This document shows positions 1-13,017 of a DNA stretch of 64,000 nucleotides, piece after piece; position 1 is the first letter of the stretch, and each line of letters opens with the position of its first letter. Origin of the DNA: Octopus sinensis (Eukaryota); NCBI RefSeq assembly GCF_006345805.1, contig NC_043023.1:16244001-16308000 (forward strand). The letters are read 5' to 3'. A program made the position numbers and the translations under genes. The notes under the pieces are model-generated. The model had not been told where the DNA came from and did not search any database. It saw only the letters and a program-made list of their open reading frames with translations.

Positions 1-707
<707 letters not shown>

Positions 708-740
708 GCGAACATTCTTAAACTTCTTCTAGAACATACC

Positions 741-761
741 GGCCCTTTTCAGGGCCACCCA
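741..761 (+). terminator. Histone 3' stem-loop (H4)
   Basis: GGCCCTTTTCAGGGCC followed by ACCCA. Confidence 0.97.
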
Positions 762-2384
762 CTTTTTAATTTAAGTCAACTCTTCTAAATCGCGATGTGC
801 TTCATCTTTTTATACCTTAATTTGCAGCTAATGGTATTTAACGCGCCCCTTGGTGGGAACGATCCTTTACGAAATATTTACTTCGGTGGTGTGATTCGGG
901 GGCGATCCTTCAGTATAGCTACACCTCTGAAGATAACCCTTTTCTCCCACCAACCCTAAACCCCTGTATTTATACCGAAGTTACGCCTTTTCGGGGAATG
1001 TGTATAAGTTGAAGGATGGCTTGCCTTTGCAAGCACTAGGGCACAAAGTGTCTAAAGCCAGCTGGAGGAGGTGTCTTCCTGGAGCTACAAATAGGATAGA
1101 CTGGTCACGACTGCGCGCACCGGGACCACGCTTAAGTAGTACCCATATTTCCCTCCGATATTCATGGGATCGGACGGCTGTCTCTGCTAATATCGTTAAT
1201 AAGCTTTGTTATTGCATAATCGGTCCATTGTGCTGAAGACAATCGAAAATGTTGGGAAATTTCATGAAAGTGAAAACCGTTGGCGGTTTTGCTATGTGCT
1301 TCTGTCAGAACTCCGGCCGCATTTGGAGACTGCAATACTTTAATCCGGGTGCAGGGTTGAATCTGTCTACACTTTTTACCGCTTTTTATCTTCATTGTTT
1401 ATTTGTCCTTATTTAATTTTCATTGTAATTTCATTCCTTTATAAATAACTCATCCGATTTCATTGTAAAAAGTTCCATGTTGACCCCATCTGTGTTAATC
1501 CGTATGGATAATAAAGAAATATACACTTTACCGCTATAAGATTTTTTTGTTTTGGTGGCTGTGTGTTAAATACATCTTTACGGTACAGCAGTAGTCCCTC
1601 GTCGCTATATCAGTTATTTAAGCTAACGATTCCTCCGTGGTGGTTTGCATTTAGAAATAGTTTATTCAAATAATAAAGAAATATATAGTATTTTATCAGA
1701 TTTTCGGTGTTGGAGGGATTATTGTACTGATGACAAACAAACCCAGCTGCTAACTGCAGGCGTTACACCTCGACAGGACAACGCCTTTAATGAAATTTCA
1801 CATAAATACCTAATTAAATTCTCAGTCGGTTATTAGTTCAGTTTAAATAAAACATTTCATTCCATGTTCTGTTTAAACTTTATAAATAAATATATTCTTG
1901 CATTATTCATTATTTTGTTTTTAAAAAGGAAATCACACCAAATCTACACAAATGACCACCACCGCGATCACACACACGTGTGTGTGTATATGTGGCTATA
2001 TGTCTGTATTTATTGTATGTGTGTGTATAAGTAGTTATATGCTTATATTCATTATAGTAATATTTGTCTGTTGAAATCCGTTTTAAGGCGGTCAATAGTT
2101 TAATTAAAGATGTATATAATACATGTATATATATATATATACATGTGTATACATTACACATGTATATATATATAATCATGCGATCTTACATAGATAGACA
2201 ATTACAAAGAATGTTATGAGACTTAAAAATTTAGTTGTAATATGACAGAAACGAAAACTTGGCTTACTTTTGCCTTTACGAGAACTTTGTGTGATTCTTG
2301 TTCAATAAAATTAGAAAATATATATAGTGGTTTCTACTTCGGGCTTTATTGTATTGTGAGAAACACCCTAGCTGCTGAATACAG

Positions 2385-2531
2385 TGTGTAAACTGGTACT
2401 TAATTTATCGACCCCGAAAGGATGAAAGGCTAAGTCGACCTCGGCGGAATTTGAACCCAGAACGTAGCGGCAGACGAAATACGGCTTCGCATTTCGCCCA
2501 GCGTGCTAACGTTTCTGCCAGCTCGCCGCCT
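2385..2531 (-). mobile_element. tRNA-headed SINE with Meta-domain-like core (partial)
   Basis: Minus strand GGCGGCGAGCTGGCAGAAACGTTAGC...GGTTCAAATTCC...GCCTTTCATCCTTTCGGGGTCGATAAATTAAGTACCAG; relatives at ~16722-16939, 18379-18535, 23782-23997, 25417-25572, 30295-30509, 31929-32082, 40608-40760. Confidence 0.8.
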
Positions 2532-3434
2532 TTACGTATAAGAGATAATGGGGTGTGTGCGAGTGCCTGCTTTCACTCACGCATTATCGTGAAAAGCAGG
2601 CGATATTCAGGGTACAGTAGTCAGTCCCTCGTCGCTATGTCAGTTATTTAAGCTTACTTATTCCTCCGTGGTGTTTTGCATTCATATTAGTATAAAATCT
2701 TTATTATAATCATGCGATCTTACATAGATCGGGACACAACAAGACAGACAATTACAGAGAATGTTGTATGAGACTTAAAAATTTAGTTGTAATATGACAA
2801 AACGAAAACTTGGCTTAACTTTTTGCCTTTAAACGAGAACTTTTGTGTGTTTATTTTAATAAAATTGGAAAACATGACATATTCAAGTAGTAAATATATA
2901 TATATATAGTACTGTTTCTACTTCAGGTTTTATTGCATTGTTAAGAAACACCCCAGCTGCTGAATGCACGCGTTTTCACCTCAAGACAAAACCTTTATTG
3001 AAATCTCACAATGAATACCTTTTTCTCACACTCGGTTATTATTCATACGGGCCAACTCACCGCCAACCCAGCGACTTCTTTTGGGGACACGGAAGAGGTA
3101 CGATGGCGCCTTTAATACTACACACAGGTCTTCGTACACCCGTTAGGCCTGTTTACTTGCTTATTGTATTGTCCCCATCTGTGTTAATCCGTATGGATAA
3201 TAAAGAAATTTTACTTGCTTATTGATGGCTAAAATATGAAAATAAGGAAGGTATCAGACGGTTGTTAGATACAAGCCCTTAACTTTTTCTGAGAGAGCAA
3301 TTAAAAAGTATCAAGAATTTGCCTGTTCTGTTTTGTTTTAATTTATAGATTAAAATATTTAAAAATGAATGGGCTCGCCTCCACCTCAAAACCGCCCACA
3401 TTTTAAACTTCTTCGACGCAAACCCCCTTTTTCG

Positions 3435-3803
3435 GGGTTAATATCTAGATCCGCACCCGGTGGAAAAAATGGAAACGCAAATGTGTAACAGTAATGTGTG
3501 TATATATGTGTATGTGTGTATATATATGTGTGTGTGTATATATATATGTGTGTATATATATATGTATGTGTGTATATATATGTGTGTGTATATATGTGTG
3601 TGTATATATATGTGTGTATATATGTGTGTGTATATATATATGTGTATGTATATATGTGTGAGTATGTATATGTGTGTGTATGTATATATATGTGTGTGTA
3701 TGTATATATGTGTGTATGTATATATATGTGTGTGTATGTATATATATATGTGTATGTATATATGTGTATTTTTTCCACCGGGTGCGGATCTAGATATTAA
3801 CCC
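3435..3803. mobile_element. MITE-like element with perfect 36-bp terminal inverted repeats and a (TA/TG)n core
   Basis: GGGTTAATATCTAGATCCGCACCCGGTGGAAAAAAT at 3435-3470 and its exact reverse complement at 3768-3803; TTTTCG directly flanks both ends. Confidence 0.8.
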
Positions 3804-4227
3804 TTTTCGGTTACGGTGAATTCGAATCTGCAAAATAAATTGGCAAAAAAATAACAATCAACATTTCTAAACTACCACCCGTTTCCTTCATTTTTTACAG
3901 AAATCTTTTAGGAATTAACTTATTCTAAATATGCGGAAAAATACGGACAAAAGTCTCCAAACTATCCTGTAATTACGGTTAAGGTTAGCGCTGGGGGACA
4001 AGACAAAACTGAAGTTGGAGGAGGGATTTCTCAAATTTCAAAAAAATATCGTTAAAAACTTGCAAACATGTTCGTTTATATATTCGCGTGAGTATACAAA
4101 TACCTGTGCTTCGATGTACACAAATTATGTTTCCACCCCCAATCCGTTCTATGGCTGTTGGAGAAATTAACCCCAAAAACATGGATCGCAAATCGCTAGA
4201 AAATCGGAATTAACTTTCATGAGAATG

Positions 4228-4248
4228 TGGGTGGCCCTGAAAAGGACC
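4228..4248 (-). terminator. Histone 3' stem-loop (H2B)
   Basis: Minus strand GGTCCTTTTCAGGGCC followed by ACCCA. Confidence 0.96.
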
Positions 4249-4280
4249 GTTATTCTTCGATGAAGAGAAACGAAGCAGGT

Positions 4281-4658
4281 TTATTTGCTGCTAGTGTATT
4301 TGGTGACGGCCTTGGTACCCTCAGAGACGGCGTGTTTGGCCAACTCACCAGGAAGGAGAAGACGGACAGCAGTCTGCACCTCACGGCTACTGATGGTCGA
4401 ACGTTTGTTGTAGTGAGCCAAGCGGCTGGATTCAGAAGCTATTCTTTCGAACAGATCGTTGACAAAACTGTTCATGATGGACATAGCTTTGCTGGAGATG
4501 CCAGTGTCCGGGTGGACTTGCTTCATCACTTTGTAGATGTAGATGGAATAACTTTCCTTCCTCTTCTTCTTACGTTTCTTGTCCCCGGCAGGGCGAGAGG
4601 TCTTGGCCTTGGAAGCCTTCTTGGCTCCTTTCGAAGCAGTTGCTGGTGCTGGTGGCAT
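4281..4658 (-). CDS. H2B: Histone H2B (125 aa)
   Basis: True ATG at 4658: [17 protein letters not shown]...[27 protein letters not shown]...[10 protein letters not shown]. Confidence 0.99.
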   Translation of the reverse strand: MPPAPATASKGAKKASKAKTSRPAGDKKRKKKRKESYSIYIYKVMKQVHPDTGISSKAMSIMNSFVNDLFERIASESSRLAHYNKRSTISSREVQTAVRLLLPGELAKHAVSEGTKAVTKYTSSK

Positions 4659-4928
4659 AATGTCACTTGCTCTACTAATCAACCCTCGTCCACGCTATTT
4701 ATAATTGACAAGTAGGCTCAGCCGAGCACCTTGCTGACGTTTCGCGCCAATCAATTTCATTGGTGGAATTTGACAGCAGTCTAATCACATGACATAAACC
4801 CGCTCCTTTTTCACTCGGCAGTTTGTGACTGCTGGAGCCTCCTGACTGCTATTTAAAGCCAAAAGCCGCCCTCTTTTTTAATTCATCAGCCGTCTTCTTT
4901 GTTGAGAACTACTGTCGAACTTTGAAAT
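4659..4928. promoter_or_regulatory. Divergent H2B/H2A promoter
   Basis: TATAAATA on minus at ~4696-4703, CCAAT 4747-4751 and ATTGG 4759-4763, TATTTAAA on plus at ~4850-4857. Confidence 0.75.
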
Positions 4929-5306
4929 ATGTCTGGACGTGGTAAAGGAGGAAAAGTAAAGGGAAAGAGCAAGACCCGTTCGTCCCGTGCCGGACTTCAG
5001 TTCCCTGTCGGTCGTATCCACCGTCTTCTCCGTAAGGGAAATTATGCCCAACGTGTCGGTGCCGGAGCCCCAGTCTACTTGGCCGCTGTAATGGAATATT
5101 TGGCTGCTGAGGTGTTGGAATTGGCAGGAAATGCTGCCAGAGATAACAAGAAATCGAGAATCATTCCCCGTCACTTGCAGTTGGCCATCCGTAACGACGA
5201 AGAATTGAACAAACTTTTGTCCGGAGTGACCATCGCCCAGGGTGGTGTTCTTCCCAACATTCAGGCTGTTCTTCTGCCCAAGAAAACCCAGAAGGCTTCC
5301 AAGTAA
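4929..5306 (+). CDS. H2A: Histone H2A, canonical type (125 aa)
   Basis: [39 protein letters not shown]...[11 protein letters not shown]; no SQE(Y/F) H2A.X tail. Confidence 0.99.
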   Translation: MSGRGKGGKVKGKSKTRSSRAGLQFPVGRIHRLLRKGNYAQRVGAGAPVYLAAVMEYLAAEVLELAGNAARDNKKSRIIPRHLQLAIRNDEELNKLLSGVTIAQGGVLPNIQAVLLPKKTQKASK

Positions 5307-5344
5307 ATTAATTCGGTGGCATTTTTTGCTTTATCCAAATCAAC

Positions 5345-5360
5345 GGCCCTTTTCAGGGCC
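5345..5360 (+). terminator. Histone 3' stem-loop (H2A)
   Basis: GGCCCTTTTCAGGGCC, followed by TCTCA rather than ACCCA. Confidence 0.93.
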
Positions 5361-5847
5361 TCTCACACTTTGCGTATTTGTCTTCTCTCGACTTAATATT
5401 TGCGATTTATAATCTGTCAAGTGTCATTTGGCATCGGAGCCGAATGAATGTTTTATTATTTAGTATTCTTTCGCCCTCATAATTTTCATTAAGGCGAAGA
5501 ATACTCTGATTTTTTTTGTATGGGATTAGGAACCGCTGACCAAGGTGTGCGGGGATAAACAGTGGTCCCGGAGTGTTTGAGAATGTTTTTATGAGACACG
5601 GTTTTTTTTTTTTACTTCTATTCCATACTTTAAAAGCAGCAGAAATTTAACAAAAGCTGTTGCTCGGGGTTTCACGTTCCCGTTTGTTGGACGGTTTTGT
5701 TTGAAATAAGGAGAGACTGTTCGGCGTGCGGAAGCGTAAAACTCCGAGTAACAGCTTTTAAATAAAACATTGCTCTACTTCTAGTATTTGAGTACTCTTT
5801 TCCACCTTGTTTCACATTTATGTTTACTCCGGTGTATATATATGTAT

Positions 5848-6116
5848 GTGGAGGCCCAGTGGTTAGGGCAGCGGAGTCGCGGTCGTAGGATCGTGATTTC
5901 GGTTCCCAGACCGGGCGTTGTGAGTGTTTATTGAGTGAAAACAGCAAAATGCTCAACGATGCTCCGGCAGGGGATGGTGGTCCCGGCTGTACTCTTTCTT
6001 CTGTTGGCCTGCTCGCTTAGCCAGCGGGGTGGCGTCGTTCGAAGGCTAAAACAATGCGAAGCGTATTGTAACCAGCGATGTGTGGCACCATCTGATAGCC
6101 TGGTCGGTCACGTGAT
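5848..6116 (+). mobile_element. tRNA-derived SINE
   Basis: A-box-like GGCCCAGTGGTTAGGGC and B-box-like TTCGGTTCCC head; same head on the minus strand at ~37990-38295, 47289-47659 and 56130-56505. Confidence 0.75.
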
Positions 6117-6514
6117 ATATATTGTGTATATATATATATATAGGCATTGTTTTGCACCTATTACACTTTTTTGTTTTTGTGCCAGGGTCAGACCCGAAAG
6201 ATTCACGATGTGGATTTTCCGACTCCTCTCCCCCACCCAACCCCTTTCGCGAGCGCGCCTTTTTTTGCCATATTCGTTTAGAGGAAGTTGTTTTACACTA
6301 TTTTTATATTTTGTTTTTTCTGACCGGATCGAGCGCGTGTGCACGCACCTGGACCACTCTTCATAAATAGTACCATGGTGTGCTGCAAGCCCCTTATTTT
6401 TGTTCGGGGAGAAAAGAGGTGGATGGGAAACTGGACTCACCACCAACATGGGATTTTCCTATTTATATACATTTGGTGGTCAATGCGGAAACTAGGGATA
6501 AAGAGAGGTAGATA

Positions 6515-6620
6515 AGAGCTGTAGGGGCCATGCGCAGGGATGCTGTCGGTGAGGTGAGGGTTGGCAACGAGTATAGTGGAGAGTTCCAGGTAAAAGTGGG
6601 CTGTTCACCAAGGTTCAGTT
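6515..6620 (+). mobile_element. RTE-clade LINE reverse transcriptase fragment
   Basis: Translates as ...DAVGEVRVGNEYSGEFQVKVG/VHQGS with a frameshift, matching the GVxQG RT motif. Confidence 0.6.
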
Positions 6621-6903
6621 ATTCTTTGTAAGCCCAGTACTTATTCTATCGGAATCTTTTGCCGAACCGCTAAGTAACGGGGACGTAAACACACCAGCAT
6701 CGGTTGTCAAGCAATGCTAGGGGGACGAACACACACACATACATACGACAGGCTTCTTTCAGTTTCCATCTACCAAATCCACTCACAAGGCATTGGTCGG
6801 CACGGGGCTATAGCAGAAGGCACTTGCCCAAGGTGACACGCAGTGGGACTGAACCCGGAACCATGTGGTTGGTTAGCAAGCTACTTACCACACAACCACT
6901 CCT
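6621..6903 (-). mobile_element. Abundant tRNA-headed SINE (CORE-like), partial
   Basis: Same family as 8025-8417. Confidence 0.85.
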
Positions 6904-6984
6904 TCGCCTTCGTCGGAAACAGGAAAAGGAAAGATCCAAAGAAGGGAAGACGGAGGGAAAAAATCGCCAATGGTACACACACGG

Positions 6985-7608
<624 letters not shown>

Positions 7609-7791
7609 GTATAAAGTGAGATAGGGGTTATGAAGTGTAACCCACTATGGGATATCATTTATCCAATATACTGCCAGTAAAGTACCCAGAAAGGCTAATA
7701 CATAAATGCTAAGAATTGCAGTGCAATTCATTTATTGTATTATATGGGCGAAGGTAAAATGTTTTACCTGAAATTCATAATACAAAATAAG

Positions 7792-7984
7792 AAAATGGAG
7801 GAATAGATTCCTTTCAATCATCAACTTCCAGATAATACCAATTCATATAATTTATTAACTTACTTATTGATGTATATTGTTTTATTCAGTTGGATTTGGA
7901 TGCTCCTATTTAAGTAGTTAATAAATAATATGAATTGGTATTATCTGGAAGTTGATGATTGTAAGGAATCTATTTCTCCATTTT
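7792..7984. repeat. Fold-back inverted repeat, ~75-bp arms
   Basis: AAAATGGAGGAATAGATTCC...TTATTAACT versus AGTTAATAA...GGAATCTATTTCTCCATTTT. Confidence 0.8.
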
Positions 7985-8024
7985 CATATTTGTATATATG
8001 TATATATATATATATTTCTTTCTT

Positions 8025-8417
8025 TTTCTTTTCTTTTACTTGTTTCAGTCATTTTGACTGCGGCCATGCTGGAGCACCGCCTTTTAGTCGAGCAACTCGA
8101 CCCCGGGACTCATTCTTTTTGTAAGCCCAGTACTTATTCTATCGGTCTCTTTTTGCCGAACCGCTAAGTGACGGGGACGTAAACACACCAGCATCGGTTG
8201 TCAAGCAATGCTAGGGGAACAAACACACACACATACATATATATACATATATACGACAGGCTTCTTTCAGTTTCCGTCTACCAAATCCACTCACAAGGCA
8301 TTGGTCGGCCCGGGGCTATAGCAGAAGACACTTGCCCAAGATGCCACGCAGTGGGACTGAACCCGGAACCATGTAGTTGGTTAAAAGCTACTTACCACAC
8401 AGCCACCCCTGCGCCTA
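8025..8417 (-). mobile_element. Abundant tRNA-headed SINE (CORE-like), full length
   Basis: Head AGGCGCAGG.GTGGCTGTGTGGTAAG (A box), GGTTCAGTCCC (B box), TTGGGCAAGTG core, internal microsatellite, GAAACAAGTAAAAGA tail; copies at ~17197-17598, 24249-24648, 30768-31167, 37349-37740, 39755-40395, 43441-44187, 48117-48660, 51750-52030, 57048-57451. Confidence 0.9.
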
Positions 8418-8565
8418 TGTATATATATATATTATTTATATAGAGAGGGCATTATTACATATAAATGCCTCACGCTAAGAGGGACAATAAGTCATTTCTA
8501 CCAAAAAATATTACTAATCATACCCAATGCAGTTTTTCAAAGCAAGACATTTAAAAAATGAATTT

Positions 8566-8635
8566 AGTCTTATATTACCTGTGATTTCGCACTCAACCTC
8601 AGAAGAATTTGCGTCCAATGCTCATCAGTAAGACT
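8566..8635 (-). ncRNA. Type I hammerhead ribozyme motif (Penelope-type)
   Basis: AGTCTTA-CTGATGA-GCATT...AGTGC-GAAA-TCACAGGTAA-TA-TAAGACT: 7-bp stem I, intact core, 5-bp stem II, near-palindromic helix III. Confidence 0.75.
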
Positions 8636-8782
8636 GATTCTGAACATATCATAAATAAACGACCAGTACTGTCGGAGTCAAACAGCCAACTGCTCTTTCT
8701 AACGAAGCACATGGAAAAGTTTATAAATCATACATCCGGTAAATGGTGGGCTTCTTCGAACTGCATTTCGGATATATATATA

Positions 8783-9990
8783 CTAGCAGAATTGCTTGAA
8801 AGTACTGTTAATGATTGCACTGAATTATGGTGATTATTCAGGCAAATATCGATATAAGTTTACGGTGGAGATAAGGACTTAACGATCAAATGTGTGCCAT
8901 TGCATTGTTTTAGGGGAACCAAATTTCTAATGAGCATTATAGGGGCACCAACTTTAAATTTGAGAATGTGTGGTGGTAGTCCGGGGGGCTCAAAGGAATT
9001 GAGTACCTCTATTGGATAGTTGATGACGTCCTCTGGGTCAGGAGTTGTATCGATAGACTTATATACATAGACATCCCCAGGAATGAGTTTTAGCATTTCA
9101 TCATTAATATGGTGAACAGTTTTATTCCTCGGGGCCAGAATAGCCCTTTGGCCAATCCAATCCATATTCTGATAATTAGCTTGTAGATCTGGGAACACTG
9201 CATCTCTGAGATCAAAAGGCGTTTTAACAATGGTACAAATGGAATCGATGGCAATATTACCATTTTCATCCCCTGGTATTTTGCCTTCGCCAAGTGCAAG
9301 GAGGGTGTGAGAAAATGCTGCTGATGTGATATCACGTCGCATATGAGCACGCATATTGGTGTGAAGTTTGAGAGTCTTCACCAGTGGCCACAATGTGGAC
9401 GACTTAAGACACGCACTTACTGCATCAGCTCTAGTCCCTTTGGGAATAACGGGAAGTGTTTGATGTCTCTGAGAGATCTATCTAGTGCCTCAAGAGCACC
9501 TCTGTGGGCCATCGTGCATTCATCCCAAACGATAAGCTTGCATCGTCTGAAGACTTCTGCCTGATCGGAGCTGTTACTGATGTTGCAAGTCGGTGTCTCA
9601 GTCTTCACTAAGTCAAGCGGGAGCTTGAAAGTGGAGTGAGCTGTCCTGCCGCCTGGCAACAAAGTAGCTGCAATTCCAGATGATGCCACAGCTAGGGCAA
9701 TGCCTTGTGTTTGCCTAATCTCAGCCAATATTAATTTGTTGACAAAAGTTTTCCCAGTGCCCCCAGGAGCGTCCAGGAAAAAATCCTCCCAGCTTTGGCC
9801 CGGACTGAATTAACAACAGAGTTGTAAGCGAACTTCTGTTCTGGAAGGAGATTTGGCTCATTGTCGGCTATGTACTTGGCAAGCTCGTCAACATTAAAAT
9901 ATGTCTCACGCAGCAAATGTGAAGACAGAGTGTTTGTTGAAGGTAGGCCATAGATCGCCCATATCAAGTACAGTATCTTCGAACGTAGTT
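8783..9990 (-). mobile_element. Decayed Helitron Rep/Hel, PIF1-like helicase region
   Basis: Fragments in several frames: ALAVASSGIAATLLPGGRTAHSTFKLP, LIVWDECTMAHR, RAILAPRN, PPGLPPHILKFKVGAPIMLIRNL, CNGT; possible CTAG 3' end at 8783-8786 without a hairpin. Confidence 0.9.
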
Positions 9991-11176
9991 TGTTACCACA
10001 CAGCCACACTTGCCCCTATGTATGTATCTTGATATCGCTAGTGATAACAATACTCAAAATATATAACAGACTAGAACTGTAGGCCCGTCTCTTGCAATTT
10101 CGATCAATTGGATCTTGTCCTCCCTCTTGTATAGAAGTGTACGGCTGCAGCAAAATTCATTTTTGGACTTTCTTCTATCGAAGGCATTTTAACAAAAATG
10201 CTTCCGTAAAGACGGTGAAAATATTGTCAATTTCCCCAAACAGGGACACAATTCAATTTTGAAACAATAACCAAAGCCCCTTCTCCGAAAGGGGGAGGGT
10301 TACGGTTTACAATTATTTAACAAATGCAACACAACAACGTTTATGTGAAACCACTTGTTCAAGTTCAAGTCATTGATGCAATTTTATACGAATTGCTAAT
10401 ACACACACATAATAAGGGTGAAAAATTGAATATTAATTTGATTAATATGAATTGAAAACCAGTGGTGTAGCATATAAGACCATAGCGGATCTTCCTCTAG
10501 CAAAAAGGATGACCTCTATTAATGGCTCATCCCTGTTACACACACACACGCACACACACACACCTTGGCTTACAATTTTCTTTCAACAATTGACACTGTC
10601 ATATATGTATATGTTTGCGTGTCTATGTGTGTAAAGAGGAAGTGGGAGAAATAGGCGGAGTAAAGCGTTTGAAGTGAGAGAGGGAAATCGTAAAATATTG
10701 AGTTTTCTCGAATTTTTGCTTAATTTGGGGTGAAATTGAAAGAAATTTATATGCCATGACCGAATGGATGTACTTGGAAAAATTATAGGTAATCTCCAAT
10801 TGAAGAAATTGTGTGAGGAGTAAATCGTTATGTATTTATTTGTTTCTGTTTGCTCTGTATTTTTGTTGAGGTATAAATACTTTCACTTTAATTGTTGCAC
10901 ACTTGCAAAGAGAAAGGAGGAGAAAGTGTAGTGGTAATGGAAGGAGTGAAGGACTTGAAATGAAAGAGGGAAATCGTAAAATATTGAGTTTTCTCGAATT
11001 TTTGCTTAATTGGGGGTGAAATTGAAAAACTTTACATGCCATAAACCAATGGAATCTACTTAGAAAAATCATAGGTAAATTCCAATTGAAGAAATTCTAT
11101 ATTGTACAATTGTATAAAAAACGAACGATTTGGAAGGCAGAGAAAATCTGCCTTTATCATAAGAGATATATATATA

Positions 11177-11247
<71 letters not shown>

Positions 11248-11756
11248 ATGTATATATGTATGTATATATCTCTTATTATAAAAGGCAGATTTTATCTGCC
11301 TCCCTTTGGGAGTTATACAAATCTACAATATAGGATTTCTTCAATTACAATTTACCTTGCATTTTTAAGAGTACAATGCATCGCGTCATGCCAGGTCCAG
11401 TTTTTAAAATTTAAACTCCAATTAAGCAAATTTACAGAAAACTCACATTCTGGTGTGTGTGTCAAATGCTTTTCTTAGTCTGGTTTACAGCACACGCAAA
11501 CGCACACACACAGTGGGCAACGAATAAAATGAAAGTAATTGACTTACTGTAGTGAGTGATTCTTTCACTCTGCCTCCCACTTCCTCTTTCAACACATAGA
11601 CACGCAAATATATAAATAAAATTGTAAGCTAACGTGCGTGTGTGTGAGTGGGTGTGTGTGGGTGTGCGCGTGTGTGTGTGTGTGTGTGTGTGTGCGTGAG
11701 TGTGTGACAAGAAAGTTTTTTACGACGAATATAACACCTATATCCAAGTAGCAGAA

Positions 11757-12234
11757 AGATAAGACAGTAAGGTGTGATTTGAGGGAGATTTGGCTGCTAT
11801 TTCTACCATGTCTAGCTGCCATGTAGGGGTCTCCCTCATAGGCTCATACATACATATATACATAGATAAGACAGTAAGGTGTGATTTGGGGGAAATTTGG
11901 CTGCTATTTCTACCAGGTCTAGCTGCCATGTAGGGGTCTCCCTCATAGGCTCATACATACATATATACATAGATAAGACAGTAACGTGTGATTTGGGGGA
12001 AATTTGGCTGCTATTTCTACCAGGTCTAGCTGCCATGTAGGGGTGTCCCTCATAGGCTCAACATACATATATACATAGATAAGACAGTAAGGTGTGATTT
12101 GGGGGAAATTGGCTGCTATTTCTACCAGGTCTAGCTACCATGTAGAGGTCCCCTCATTGGCTCATATATATATACATACATAAGACAGTAAGGTGTGATT
12201 TGAGGGAGATTTGGCTGCTGTTTCTACCAGGTCT
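11757..12234 (+). repeat. Tandem repeat, ~107-bp unit, ~4.5 copies
   Basis: ATAAGACAGTAA.GTGTGATTTG...CTCCCTCATAGGCTCA units start at about 11757, 11864, 11971, 12077 and 12178. Confidence 0.92.
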
Positions 12235-12598
12235 GTTAGGCCTTCTCATGTAAACTCAAGCTTTCTCATTCCTTGAACATAAGACCAAAGCAGAGAATGT
12301 ATTCTTTTATTCTTCTGCTTTTTCCAGCCATTGGTCTGTGGCCATGCTGGGGCAATGCCTTGAAGAATTGTAGTTTAATGAATCAACTCCAGTTTTATTT
12401 TTGTAAGCATTGTACTTATTCTATCTGTTTCCTTTGTCAAACCACTGGGTGACAGGGATGTAAACAAACCAACATTCGTTGTCAAGCAGTGGTGGAGGAC
12501 AATCACAAGCACAGACACGCACACACACACATAATGCATACACATATACACACATCAGTACATACATACATATATATATATATGTGTGTATATATATA

Positions 12599-12856
12599 TT
12601 GCAGCGTGGAAGGTGTTTGTAAGCCATTTAAGAAAACACACAAAACCGTTACATTCACTTCAACATTTAAATTTAATTTGCCAAAATATTTTCGTCGCTT
12701 TGAGACCGCGACCTGTTCACTGACAAAAATATCGTGCTAACAGGTCGCGGTCTCAAGCGACGAAAATATTTTGACAAATTAAATTTAAATGTTGAAGTGA
12801 ATCTAACGGTTTTGTGTGTTTCTTAAATGGCTTATAAACACCTTCAACGCTGCAAC
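12599..12856. repeat. Near-perfect fold-back (~118-bp arms, ~20-bp spacer), probably Penelope-derived
   Basis: TTGCAGCGT.GAAGGTGTTT...GACCGCGACCTGTT / AACAGGTCGCGGTC...AAACACCTTC.ACGCTGCAA; contains a hammerhead-like motif at 12677-12727. Confidence 0.85.
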
Positions 12857-13017
12857 TGTTTTCGTTCCAGCACACGATCTCAGATCAAGTCACTTGCTAT
12901 GCAAGTACATCTCTGTAACTATATATATATTTATATATATATATATATGTATATTGGTAAAAAAACAGTAAGATAACAAAAGAAAGAAAGAGACCTCATA
13001 TTATGTAAATAGAGGAA

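Noticed and set aside
1595-1630. Resemblance of CTCGTCGC...TTAAGCTAACG to the 5S rRNA internal region
   Set aside because: Too short and gapped; no box C, no terminal stem, no 120-nt alignment.
4227-5174. Antisense ORFs over the histone genes (4227-4715, 4878-5174, also 426-677)
   Set aside because: Shadows of histone codon usage with no independent signal.
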